Shown: positions 9,463 through 19,389 of the stretch, one piece after another
Numbering within the stretch: the first letter of the stretch is position 1
Layout: the number at the start of each line of letters is the position of its first letter
Assembly: GCA_003602475.1 (NCBI GenBank)
Contig: QQSC01000010.1
Coordinates: 20,374 to 84,373, forward strand
DNA: 64,000 nt
Direction: 5' to 3'
Origin: Candidatus Poseidoniales archaeon
GTDB taxonomy: Archaea > Thermoplasmatota > Poseidoniia > Poseidoniales > Poseidoniaceae
Translations under genes and position numbers: made by a program
The notes under the pieces: generated by a model
The model's input: only the letters and a program-made list of their open reading frames with translations
Databases searched by the model: none
Told to the model about the DNA's origin: nothing

Positions 9463-11202
9463 ATGAGCAATGAAGGAGTAATTTACCGAATTTCCGGCCC
9501 GGTGGTCACCGCGACCGGTATGAACGCTGCAATGTACGACGTGGTTCGTGTTGGTCACGAAGGCCTGATGGGCGAAGTGATTGAACTGCACGGAGAAAAA
9601 GCCGTGATTCAGGTTTACGAAGACACCTCGGGTATTCGCCCGGGGGAACCCGTCCTGAACACCGAAGAGACGTTGTCCGTTTCACTTGGTCCGGGTCTTC
9701 TCACCCAGATTTACGACGGTATTCAGCGACCTCTGGCCACCCTCGAAGAAGTCATGGGTGTGTTCATCACCCGTGGTGTCGACGCCGACGCCTTCGACCT
9801 CGAGAAGAAGTGGACCTTTGAGCCTCAAGCCTCCAAGGGCGACGAAGTGACCGGTGGAAACGTCATCGGGCACGTGCAAGAAACCGAAACCATCGTCCAC
9901 AAAATCATGGTTCCCCCCGGTAAGAGTGGAACGATTAAGGACATCAAATCTGGCGATTTCAACGTCACCGAAACGGTGTGCACACTCGAGGACGGGACCG
10001 AACTGCAAATGATGCAGAAGTGGCCTGTCCGTACCCCTCGTCCGTTCACCCAGAAGTACGCCCCGGACACCCCCTTGGTGACTGGAATGCGAATTCTTGA
10101 CTTTTTGTTCCCCCTGGCAAAGGGCGGTGCTGCCGGTATTCCCGGTCCATTCGGATCTGGAAAAACGGTCACTCAACAATCCCTCGCCAAGTACTCCGAC
10201 GCTCAACTTGTGGTTTACATTGGATGCGGCGAGCGTGGCAACGAAATGACAGAAGTGTTGGACGAATTCCCTCACTTGATTGACCCGAACACCGGGAAGC
10301 CGTTGATGAACCGCACCGTGATGATTGCCAACACCTCGAACATGCCAGTGGCCGCTCGAGAAGCGTCGGTTTACACCGGTATCACCATCGCCGAGTACTT
10401 CCGAGACATGGGATACGATGTGGCACTCATGGCCGACTCCACCTCGCGATGGGCTGAAGCCATGCGTGAGATTTCCTCCCGACTTGAAGAGATGCCCGGT
10501 GAAGAAGGCTACCCTGCCTACCTTTCATCCCGAATTGCAGAATTCTACGAACGTGCTGGCCGTGTGGAGACCCTCAGCGGCGAGGACGGCTCCGTTACCG
10601 TCATCGGTGCGGTTTCACCACCTGGCGGTGACATCTCTGAACCGGTGTCCCAAGGTACCCTCCGAATTGTCAAGGTGTTCTGGGGTCTTGATGCTGGATT
10701 GGCACGACAACGTCACTTCCCCGCCATCAACTGGCTCAATTCCTACTCTCTCTACCCGCAGAGTTTGGACCAGTGGTTCCGCGACAACATCGCACAGGAT
10801 TTCCCCGAGATTCGAACACAGATCAGCGGTCTGCTTCAAACCGAGTCCGAGCTCCAAGAGATCGTCCAACTCGTCGGTTCGGATGCTTTGCCGGTCGACC
10901 AACAGTTGACCCTTGAAGTGGCTCGTATGATTCGTGAGTACTTCCTTCAGCAGAACGGGTTCCACGATGTTGACGCCTACTGTGACATCCACTTGCAGTA
11001 CCAGATGGCCAAGGCCATTCTCACCTTCCAAGACGCTGCCAAAACGGCCATGGCGTCAGGCGCTCAACTCAACGATGTGGTGAACGTTCCCGCTCGCTCT
11101 GACCTCATTCGTGGTCGGTTCGAAAAGGGCTACATCAACGATATTGAGGGCATGGTCAAGAAGATGACCAACGAAATTGCCGACACGGTGGAGACCAACT
11201 GA
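9463..11202 (+). CDS. atpA: A-type ATP synthase subunit A
   Basis: [28 protein letters not shown]; no intein. Confidence 0.98.
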   Translation: MSNEGVIYRISGPVVTATGMNAAMYDVVRVGHEGLMGEVIELHGEKAVIQVYEDTSGIRPGEPVLNTEETLSVSLGPGLLTQIYDGIQRPLATLEEVMGVFITRGVDADAFDLEKKWTFEPQASKGDEVTGGNVIGHVQETETIVHKIMVPPGKSGTIKDIKSGDFNVTETVCTLEDGTELQMMQKWPVRTPRPFTQKYAPDTPLVTGMRILDFLFPLAKGGAAGIPGPFGSGKTVTQQSLAKYSDAQLVVYIGCGERGNEMTEVLDEFPHLIDPNTGKPLMNRTVMIANTSNMPVAAREASVYTGITIAEYFRDMGYDVALMADSTSRWAEAMREISSRLEEMPGEEGYPAYLSSRIAEFYERAGRVETLSGEDGSVTVIGAVSPPGGDISEPVSQGTLRIVKVFWGLDAGLARQRHFPAINWLNSYSLYPQSLDQWFRDNIAQDFPEIRTQISGLLQTESELQEIVQLVGSDALPVDQQLTLEVARMIREYFLQQNGFHDVDAYCDIHLQYQMAKAILTFQDAAKTAMASGAQLNDVVNVPARSDLIRGRFEKGYINDIEGMVKKMTNEIADTVETN

Positions 11203-11215
11203 GGAGAGGATTGAG

Positions 11216-12595
11216 ATGACTGGAAAAGAATACCGCACAATTACCGACGTCAAAGGACCGTTGGTCTTTTTGAACAAAACCGAGCCTGTGGCTTTCGGTG
11301 AAATCGTAACCCTCCGCCTCGCCAATGGCGACATCAAGAACGGACAAGTGCTCGACACTTCCGATGACCTTGTGATCGTCCAAGTGTTCGAAGGAACGGC
11401 TAAAATCAACCGAGAAACCGGTGTTACCTTCATGGGTGATGTCTTCAAACTCCCGGTGAGCACGGATTTGATTGGCCGTATTTTGGACGGTGCAGGCCGA
11501 CCACGTGACGGCGGACCAGAGATCGTCGCGGAAGAGAAGGCTGACATCATCGGTGCAGCCATCAACCCTTACAGCCGTCAATCTCCCCACGATTTCATTC
11601 AAACGGGCATCTCGGCCATTGACTGCTGCACAACACTGGTTCGTGGGCAGAAGTTGCCCATTTTCTCTGCATCAGGTTTGCCACACAACGACATTGCTTT
11701 GCAAATCGCACGACAAGCCAAGTTGCAGGACTCTGATGAAGAATTTATTGTCGTGTTCTGCGCCATGGGGATCACAGCTGAAGAATACAATTTCTTCCGT
11801 TCTGACCTCGAGCGAACCGGGGCCCTCGAAAACGCTGTGTTGTTCGTCAATTTGGCCGACGACCCGGCCGTTGAGCGAATCATCACCCCTCGTTTGGCCT
11901 TGACCGCTGCAGAGTACCTTGCCTTTGAGAAAGACTACCACGTTCTCGTGATTTACACGGACATGACGAACTATTGCGACGCTCTGCGCCAAATTGGTGC
12001 AGCACGTGAAGAAGTGCCAGGTCGTCGTGGTTACCCTGGTTACATGTACACGGATTTGGCCATGCTCTACGAGCGTGCAGGTATCGTGAAGGGCAAGAAA
12101 GGGTCCATCACTCAATTCCCAATCTTGACCATGCCTGGTGATGACATCACTCACCCGATTCCCGACCTGTCGGGTTACATTACCGAAGGACAGATTGTGA
12201 TCAGCCGTGAATTGCATCAGCAGGGTATCTACCCGCCGATCAACGTTCTGCCGTCCCTTTCCCGCCTGATGGGTTCATGCATTGGCGAGAAAACCACCCG
12301 AGAGGATCACAAATCTGTCTCTGACCAAATGTACGCCGCCTACGCTCAAGGTCGTGAACTTCGAGGATTGGTCGCCATCGTTGGTGAAGACGCCTTGAAC
12401 GAACGTGACAAGCAACTTCTCGACTTCTCCGGAATCTTCGAGGACAAGTTCCTTCGCCAATCCCGTGACGAAGACCGTTCAATCAATGAAACCCTGGATT
12501 TGTGCTGGAACCTCATGGCCAACATCGACACAAAATATCTTGTTCGATTGGACCAGAAGTGGATCGAGAAGTACCATCCTGAAAACCGAGCTTGA
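11216..12595 (+). CDS. atpB: A-type ATP synthase subunit B
   Basis: [29 protein letters not shown]. Confidence 0.98.
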   Translation: MTGKEYRTITDVKGPLVFLNKTEPVAFGEIVTLRLANGDIKNGQVLDTSDDLVIVQVFEGTAKINRETGVTFMGDVFKLPVSTDLIGRILDGAGRPRDGGPEIVAEEKADIIGAAINPYSRQSPHDFIQTGISAIDCCTTLVRGQKLPIFSASGLPHNDIALQIARQAKLQDSDEEFIVVFCAMGITAEEYNFFRSDLERTGALENAVLFVNLADDPAVERIITPRLALTAAEYLAFEKDYHVLVIYTDMTNYCDALRQIGAAREEVPGRRGYPGYMYTDLAMLYERAGIVKGKKGSITQFPILTMPGDDITHPIPDLSGYITEGQIVISRELHQQGIYPPINVLPSLSRLMGSCIGEKTTREDHKSVSDQMYAAYAQGRELRGLVAIVGEDALNERDKQLLDFSGIFEDKFLRQSRDEDRSINETLDLCWNLMANIDTKYLVRLDQKWIEKYHPENRA

Positions 12596-12618
12596 GCAAC
12601 CATACGAGGTGAGACCCC

Positions 12619-13236
12619 ATGGCTTTGGACATTAAACCAACCAGAAGCGAACTCATCAAGCTCAAAGGCCGCATCAAGCAAACCAAAAACGGTTACAAGC
12701 TTCTAAAGATGAAGCGTGACGGTTTGTTTCACGAGTTCCGTCAATTGTTGGCTGAAATGATTGAAGCCAAGCGAGAACTCACCGATGCCTACCGCCTCGC
12801 AAAGACCAGAATCGACCTGGCCAACGCCATCGAAGGTGGTTTGGCTGTCCGAGCTGCGGCCATCGCCAACTCCGCCCACCCTGAAGTCGAGGTTTCACCT
12901 CGCAACATCATGGGTGTCGTCGTTCCAAGCGTGAGCGGTACCAACCTCAAATCGACGTTCGCCGAGCGTGGCGTCGGTTTCATCGGTTCTTCACCCTACA
13001 TCGACGAAGCCAGCGAGTCGTTTAGCGAACTCATCGAGAAGATCGTTCGTGCCTCTGAGATGGAAGCCACACTCAAGCGCCTGTTGGCAGAAATAGAAGC
13101 CACCAAGCGTCGTGTCAACGCTCTCGAATTCAAGGTCATCCCTGAACTTGAAGAAGCAAAAGTGTTCATTCAGCTCCGCCTTGAGGAGATGGAACGCGAA
13201 GAAACCTTCCGTCTCAAGCGGTTCAAGAACAAGTGA
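12619..13236 (+). CDS. atpD: A-type ATP synthase subunit D
   Basis: PTRSEL, LLKMKRDGL, TKRRVNALE. Confidence 0.97.
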   Translation: MALDIKPTRSELIKLKGRIKQTKNGYKLLKMKRDGLFHEFRQLLAEMIEAKRELTDAYRLAKTRIDLANAIEGGLAVRAAAIANSAHPEVEVSPRNIMGVVVPSVSGTNLKSTFAERGVGFIGSSPYIDEASESFSELIEKIVRASEMEATLKRLLAEIEATKRRVNALEFKVIPELEEAKVFIQLRLEEMEREETFRLKRFKNK

Positions 13237-13240
13237 TGAG

Positions 13241-13270
13241 CCCCGTACCCTCAACGAGGGATTCATGGGG
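13241..13270 (+). terminator. Possible hairpin at the end of the ATP synthase operon
   Basis: CCCTC-AAC-GAGGG stem flanked by CCCC/GGGG just after the atpD stop; no U-tract. Confidence 0.3.
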
Positions 13271-13303
13271 GATGGGCGATAGCGACAACACACCGGTGAG
13301 TCC

Positions 13304-15835
13304 ATGACGTCCGAAGGAGAACACGACCACCAACCATTGCCCCACCATAAGCGGGCATGGAATCAGGTTGACCTCCTCTCGAGCATCATTGGCCGTTACG
13401 TTCACGTCCTTAACCGGCACAGCGATTCATGGCCATCATGGGATGTTGCTGTGAAAGAAGACGAAGACATCCATGAAGTGTGCCTCCTCGTCAATCAACA
13501 TCTGTCAAAATTGGGATGGTTGTCAAAGCTTACCAGGAGCAAAGATGGCTGGGCCATGACCGTCCTTCCGTTGCCCGAACGCCAATTTCCGCGGAAAGGC
13601 GGGTTGCTGTTGTTTTGGGTCCTTTCTTCCTTGACCCTCACCTTGGCTGCCGATGTTTGGACGCGTCCGGTCCGTCAATCGGGGGGATGGTTTTCAACCT
13701 CGAGTTTTGTTGATGCGTTCCTTGGATATGCAGGTCCTGTGTTGTCCGTGCTTGCCATCGCTACCGTCGTTCATTGGGCGGTGGCGAAACACCACGGTGT
13801 TCGTGCTGGCACATTGATGCCAGTGCCAGACCTCACCATCGCTTTGTTTGCCATCGGCTTGTTTCCACACGGCTGGCTTTTGTGGCCGTTTGGGATGCTC
13901 TTGATTCCAAGCCTTCCACGAATGGATGCTCGGCCGTGGCCGGACCGTGCGTCGTTGGGTTACACAGCGCTCAGTGTACCGCTCGTGATGGGTGCGGGTG
14001 GCGTGATGCTTTTCGTTCTCGGCATGTTCCAAACACCAGAATACATCGCAGCCACCTCTGCGCCATTGTTGACCCAGCCACCGGTCCTCCTCTCCCTCCT
14101 TTCCGTTGAATTGATTCACCCTGACGCTCTTACTCGCCTCGCTTGGGCTCACCCTTGGGTCCACGCTGGCGGTTTCTTGATGCTGATGGCATGGATCTCC
14201 TTGTTGCCCATCCCTACATTCCCCGGGGGTCGTTTGTTGGTGGCACGAATGGGTTTGTTTGAAGCACGCAGTTCCTCAACCCAAAGTCTTCTTTTCGTGA
14301 CGGCTCTTGTGTTTGCTTATGTGTTCGGTGTGTTTACAACCTTCTCATTGTGGTATCTGGTCTTGGCTCTCGTGTTGCCACTGCTGTTCTTTTTCGGTAA
14401 CAACCTTGGCAGCCCAGTCATTCTGGACGAGACCAAAGGCCTCAGTGAATCACAACACCGCCGCTTAGGATTGTTGCTTCTGGTTGTCTTTTTGTTTTTG
14501 TTGCCCGCTCAACAACCTGTGGTGCACGGGGATTCATGGAACGAGCCAATGAGCGTGACCGTTGCCTCGCCACCTCTCGCGGAGTTGCTGGAAAACGGGA
14601 CTTGGGTTTCAAGGAGCGAACTCCGAGTGACCAATCCTTCCTACCTCGCCCAACCCTTTGCCATCGATTTGCGGCATGAACAGCGCCATGTGCCTTGGCA
14701 TGCAGTATGGGATTGCGACGGACTTGACTCCTGGGCTCTCAACGGCAACAACGGATGTGGTGATGTTCTTCTTCCCGGCCGCACGGCAATTTTCTGGGTG
14801 AACCATACGTGGGAGGCTTCATCGATGCCCACGAAATCCAATTTCACCTACATCGTTGAACTGGACGGTGTCGTATCCTTGCATGAGCAGACGGTGATGC
14901 CATCCTTGGAAGTGGTGCCATCCGATCACTGGTTTGACGTTGAGGCTGAGCCACCGCAACGCTGCGTCAATCTCCACGGAGTTTTGACGACATCGAATGA
15001 ACTCAATGTTAGCATCGACGGCGTTGTTCTCCCCAACTTGACCTTGGAATCGGTTCAATTTGTGGGCGGCGGTTTGGACATGTCGTTGCTCACGGTTCCC
15101 GACCGCGTGTGCATGTCGGGTGTTGATCCGGTTGTCCTGGATGCAGCATCGTCCACGATTCAACTCAACAACGACACGTTCGATGTTCTCAAACCCATGA
15201 AGGAAGCCCATCTTCAGGCCTTTGTGCCAGAAAGTGGCTGGCTCCTTGACGCCAACACCACCGCATGGGGTGGTTTGTTGGACCAAGGCGGTGTGCTTCA
15301 ACGAGGCGATGTTTGTGCCATCAACACCACGATGAGCAACCCTCCATCGCCGGTTTCGGGTCCTTGGATTTGGGACACGAACGTGAGAGAAGCAGGCCAC
15401 ATGCCCTCCATTGAAGCCGGCCAACCCCTTACGTTGAACATCGATGACGGAACCAACGTTTCCGTCTGCAGCGACCCATTTTCGCCATATCCACGATTGA
15501 AATTCCAAGTCACTCAAGGCCCAGAACTGCTTGTCAACTGGTTGAACACCACCACCCGATTCCCGACTCAGCCTTGGGCGTTGGCCTCCAACGGAACCCT
15601 TCTCAATGCAGGTATGGGGTCGCTGTCGTTCACCAACCCCTCCAATGAGAGCGTCCCGTTTCGCCTCTCGAGAGAAGGTGGATTTGGAGAGGAGTGGTCG
15701 CATGATTGGGACGGTACAGATCTCGGGCCTGGAACAACTTCACTGAACTTGGTCCCTCCCTCCTCGCCCCTTGCGACCATGTGGGTGACGTTTGAGTCTA
15801 ACTCGTTTGTTTTGCACTTGGCGACATATTCGTGA
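13304..15835 (+). CDS. Site-2 protease (M50)-like membrane protein, catalytically degenerate, with large C-terminal extracytoplasmic region
   Basis: Multi-TM; H...A.HHGV, PFG, LAWAHP, WISLLPIPTFPGG match the archaeal M50 layout but HExxH and LDG are lost. Confidence 0.7.
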   Translation: MTSEGEHDHQPLPHHKRAWNQVDLLSSIIGRYVHVLNRHSDSWPSWDVAVKEDEDIHEVCLLVNQHLSKLGWLSKLTRSKDGWAMTVLPLPERQFPRKGGLLLFWVLSSLTLTLAADVWTRPVRQSGGWFSTSSFVDAFLGYAGPVLSVLAIATVVHWAVAKHHGVRAGTLMPVPDLTIALFAIGLFPHGWLLWPFGMLLIPSLPRMDARPWPDRASLGYTALSVPLVMGAGGVMLFVLGMFQTPEYIAATSAPLLTQPPVLLSLLSVELIHPDALTRLAWAHPWVHAGGFLMLMAWISLLPIPTFPGGRLLVARMGLFEARSSSTQSLLFVTALVFAYVFGVFTTFSLWYLVLALVLPLLFFFGNNLGSPVILDETKGLSESQHRRLGLLLLVVFLFLLPAQQPVVHGDSWNEPMSVTVASPPLAELLENGTWVSRSELRVTNPSYLAQPFAIDLRHEQRHVPWHAVWDCDGLDSWALNGNNGCGDVLLPGRTAIFWVNHTWEASSMPTKSNFTYIVELDGVVSLHEQTVMPSLEVVPSDHWFDVEAEPPQRCVNLHGVLTTSNELNVSIDGVVLPNLTLESVQFVGGGLDMSLLTVPDRVCMSGVDPVVLDAASSTIQLNNDTFDVLKPMKEAHLQAFVPESGWLLDANTTAWGGLLDQGGVLQRGDVCAINTTMSNPPSPVSGPWIWDTNVREAGHMPSIEAGQPLTLNIDDGTNVSVCSDPFSPYPRLKFQVTQGPELLVNWLNTTTRFPTQPWALASNGTLLNAGMGSLSFTNPSNESVPFRLSREGGFGEEWSHDWDGTDLGPGTTSLNLVPPSSPLATMWVTFESNSFVLHLATYS

Positions 15836-15844
15836 GGCGAGAGA

Positions 15845-16771
15845 ATGAACATTGCAGTGATTGGCCTTGGCTCCATTGGTTCAGTTTTTGCCTCACAGTT
15901 CGCCACAACAGACCACCCCCTCCATCTTCATGTCCGCGGCGAGCACGGCGCCATGATGGCCCTCGATGGCATCACAGTCCATGCCGATAAATCGTTCACG
16001 CTTCCTCCTCAGCGTTGTTTTTGGTCATTCGAAGAATTGGATTGGCCCGAACAGCAAACCGATTGGGCCGATGTTGTGTTCATCTGCACCAAAGCCTACG
16101 ATGTCTCTGCGTCGCTGGATGTTGCTGAATTGACAGTGAGAAAGGGTGGGATTGTGGTCGCCTTGGCCAACGGATTAGGCCATCTCGAGACCCTTGTTTC
16201 CAGGTTTGGGCACGACCAATCTGCCGTGGCCACAACAACTCACGGGGCGTATCGCGAACCCTCTGGTGTCGTTCAGTGGGTCGGTAAAGGTGGTGTGGAA
16301 CTTTCCATGTCGCCTTTGGCCAATGTTGAATCGCTGAAACCGTTGGAGGAGTTGCTCAATGAAGCTGGCTTGAACGCAACCATTCACCGGGAAGTCCACT
16401 CAATGGTTTGGGACAAACTCATCCTCAATTTGGCAGTGAACCCCATCGCTGCACTGGCAGGCTTGACCAACGGTGAACTCCTGTCAACGAATTTGTTCAG
16501 CACTTGCATGGAAGTCTACCGTGAAGCCTCCAATGTGGCCAAGGCTGAACGCATCGATGTCCTTGACGAAGTCGATTTTGAGAACCGCCTTCGCCACGTG
16601 TTGGAAGCCACAGCGGACAACGAATGCAGCATGCTTCAGGACCTTAAAGCCGGCCGAACAACCGAAATTGCCTCAATGAACCATGCGGTGGTGGTCCTCG
16701 CTGAGCGTCACGGCCTCCGATTGCCCCTCAATCAAGCCCTTGCCGCCATGATCACGGCTTGCCATCCGTGA
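15845..16771 (+). CDS. panE: 2-dehydropantoate 2-reductase
   Basis: GLGSIG, TKAYD, NGLG, WDKLILN...NP, SMLQD...GRTTEI. Confidence 0.92.
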   Translation: MNIAVIGLGSIGSVFASQFATTDHPLHLHVRGEHGAMMALDGITVHADKSFTLPPQRCFWSFEELDWPEQQTDWADVVFICTKAYDVSASLDVAELTVRKGGIVVALANGLGHLETLVSRFGHDQSAVATTTHGAYREPSGVVQWVGKGGVELSMSPLANVESLKPLEELLNEAGLNATIHREVHSMVWDKLILNLAVNPIAALAGLTNGELLSTNLFSTCMEVYREASNVAKAERIDVLDEVDFENRLRHVLEATADNECSMLQDLKAGRTTEIASMNHAVVVLAERHGLRLPLNQALAAMITACHP

Positions 16772-18386
16772 GTAAATCGAGATTGAAATGCAAGCCCATG
16801 TTGGTGGGTTGCTTGATTGCACTTTCCACCACCAACCGACCTGTGAGTGCTAAATTTCGCAATTCAATGATGTCACGATCGGGTATGGATTCTTTCCACA
16901 TCATGGCGATTTCATCATGGAGCAACGCAAGTCGGCGGTGAGCCCGTCGCAACCGCTGATGGGTTCGAACAATTCCCACTTCCTGGCTCATCGTGGCCAA
17001 GAGGCTCTGTCGATCGTGGACCAGAGGTGTGTGCTCGACCAGTGCATCCAACCCCTCAGCGCGCCATGCGGGGTGGTTTCCTTCGTACGGTTCGGGTGGA
17101 TACTCAATCAGATGTTCAGCTGCCCGATGAGCATAGACCACGGCTTCGAGCAAACTGTTGGATGCCAACCGGTTCGCCCCGTGCATCCCGGTGCAGGCCA
17201 CTTCCCCAATGGCGAACAGGTGGGGCATGGGCTCTGAACGGTCGCGAAGCATGACCCTCCCAAGGTCGTCCACCTCCAAACCTCCGACCATGTAGTGAGC
17301 CGCGGGCAGAACGGGAATGGGGTCCTCTCCTAGCACAAGCCGTTCTTGGCTCAACCGGAGAGCAATGTTTGGAAAGTTGTCTTCAAGGTGAGGCCGACTC
17401 AAATGAGCGGTAATCAACCAGACATGGTTCTCACCGGAGGCCTTCAATTCTTGATCAATGGCTCGCGCCACAATGTCTCGAGTGGCCATCGAACCTTGTT
17501 GGGAGTGACGCAAGGTGAATGAAAAAGCATGAGGTGTTGGTTGCTCGTTCCCGTTCAGGCTTGCTTGTTCACAAGCTTCCTGCCACGTTCGGAGATCATC
17601 CGAACTCAGCAACACAGCACCTTCGCCGCGAAGGGCTTCAGTGATCAAAAACGGCCGGGTGGCGGAGGAATGAAGGGCGGTTGGATGGAATTGAATAAAC
17701 GCCATGTCTTTAGCGCAGGCACCGGCTCTATAGCCCATCGCCAAACCATCTCCCGTAGCGACACTTGGGTTGGTGGTGTGAGCCCACAATCTTCCAACTC
17801 CTCCTGTGGCGAGGACGATGGCATCGGCTTGCACCGTGTCAACACGTCCGTTTTGCTGGTCAAGGCACCATGCTCCCGCTACACCTTGTTCGGGGCGTCC
17901 ATGTTCACGCTGAATCAAATCAATGGCGAGGGTGTTGGTTCGAAGGACAATGTTTGGATTCGCCACGGCTTTGGCGACGAGGGCCCGTTCGATCTCTCGG
18001 CCTGTCGTGTCCTTGGCGTGAAGAATCCTCGGCTCGGAGTGCCCTCCTTCTTTGGCCAGTGAAAATTCTCCATGCTCATCTGCATGAAAGTTGACACCGA
18101 TTTCAATGAGGTCCTGAATACGCTGGCCTGCCTCGCCGATGACCGAGCGAACAACCGCCTCATCGCACGCACCGTCCCCGGAACGAAGGGTGTCTTCGAT
18201 GTGAGCTTGGATGGCGTCGGTGTCGTCGCTGTCAAGAATTGCAGCGATGCCTCCTTGGGCCCAATTCGTGGACGAATCTTTGGCCCGCTGCTTTGTTACC
18301 ACAACGACCTGGTGCCCGGCATCGGCCAAGCGATTTGCAGCAAAAAGACCAGCAATGCCACTGCCGATGATCATGACCTTGCTCAT
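16752..18386 (-). CDS. nadB: L-aspartate oxidase
   Basis: GSGIAGL, WAQGGIAA, EGGHS..RILH, QFHPT, HGANRLASNSLLE. Confidence 0.95.
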   Translation of the reverse strand: MSKVMIIGSGIAGLFAANRLADAGHQVVVVTKQRAKDSSTNWAQGGIAAILDSDDTDAIQAHIEDTLRSGDGACDEAVVRSVIGEAGQRIQDLIEIGVNFHADEHGEFSLAKEGGHSEPRILHAKDTTGREIERALVAKAVANPNIVLRTNTLAIDLIQREHGRPEQGVAGAWCLDQQNGRVDTVQADAIVLATGGVGRLWAHTTNPSVATGDGLAMGYRAGACAKDMAFIQFHPTALHSSATRPFLITEALRGEGAVLLSSDDLRTWQEACEQASLNGNEQPTPHAFSFTLRHSQQGSMATRDIVARAIDQELKASGENHVWLITAHLSRPHLEDNFPNIALRLSQERLVLGEDPIPVLPAAHYMVGGLEVDDLGRVMLRDRSEPMPHLFAIGEVACTGMHGANRLASNSLLEAVVYAHRAAEHLIEYPPEPYEGNHPAWRAEGLDALVEHTPLVHDRQSLLATMSQEVGIVRTHQRLRRAHRRLALLHDEIAMMWKESIPDRDIIELRNLALTGRLVVESAIKQPTNMGLHFNLDLLTDGKP

Positions 18387-18498
18387 CGCTCATCGCTCCT
18401 TGAATTCGCTACGGCTTCCCCTTCTTCATCGTAATGGGTGTCTTGTCGGGCGCGATAGCCATATCAATCGGCTCCACCTCGTCGGGTTGGGTCTGCAA

Positions 18499-19257
18499 GT
18501 GAAAGGAGGCATCGGTACATTGGTCGGCGGCGCAATCGTCGTGTTTGTTATTGCCAATGTCCAACTTGGAATGGTTGCCCCGCTGGCTGTTGAAGGTGCA
18601 GACGACCACAAACTCGACGTCATGATGATGGCCGACCCCTCGTGCGGTTTCGAAACCGTTGAGAACGATCTTGAAACCATGGGGGCATCCTACTGTTTGG
18701 GTGAAGCCGGGCAGTGGTCGGGTGCTGATATTTTGATGCTCCTTGAAGGCCTGGTTATCGTCTTGGCTGGGCGCCTTGAATTGCCTCAAAACAAAGCATG
18801 GGCAAACAGGGTCCGAAGCATCGGGAAAGTCGTTGGTTGGGTGTTCATCGGGCTCGCTCTTCTCGATCGGCTCTCGTTGTTGCCCTCCTCTGCGAATTCT
18901 CAAAGTTTAGCTGATTTCTTCCCCATTGAGACCCAAGCGTGGTTGGTCCAATTGGCCTTTGCAGCGGTGGGTGTCTTTTTGATCCGAGGTCCAAAATACT
19001 GGGAGGCTGAAGCGGTGGCCCAAACGCGAGACAAACTTGCACGCAAGACAGAAAAAGCAGAGGATTTCAAGTCATCATTTTACAACAAAGAGCGTCATTC
19101 TGACAAGGAATTGGCCCGTGTAAACCGATCTCGATTCCTCCAACAAGACAAAGGCCTCTCGATGAAGAAACGTCGAAAACAACTGCTCGTCATGGCGACA
19201 TGCCCGTATTGCCAAGGTGGCGGTTGCAAGCGGTGCAACGATTTCGGCGTGTTTTGA
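18499..19257 (+). CDS. Membrane protein with C-terminal CxxC-xxxx-CxxC Zn finger
   Basis: About 4 hydrophobic segments, basic tail ending CPYCQGGGCKRC; start uncertain (TTG 18487 or GTG 18499). Confidence 0.7.
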   Translation: MKGGIGTLVGGAIVVFVIANVQLGMVAPLAVEGADDHKLDVMMMADPSCGFETVENDLETMGASYCLGEAGQWSGADILMLLEGLVIVLAGRLELPQNKAWANRVRSIGKVVGWVFIGLALLDRLSLLPSSANSQSLADFFPIETQAWLVQLAFAAVGVFLIRGPKYWEAEAVAQTRDKLARKTEKAEDFKSSFYNKERHSDKELARVNRSRFLQQDKGLSMKKRRKQLLVMATCPYCQGGGCKRCNDFGVF

Positions 19258-19389
19258 AGATGGTCGGCGTTGAATCGCCCGTCCTGAAAAACGGCGGACT
19301 GACCTCCAAAATTCGCATTCTTTAAGTCCTGTCAGCCATGCTTCCTTGCGAGTGGCCGGGGATGAAACCCTTGCCAGGTGGGAAGAGAG

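Noticed and set aside
16752..16771. Short 3' overlaps of convergent genes (also 40044-40062, 44360-44375)
   Set aside because: Ordinary for a compact genome
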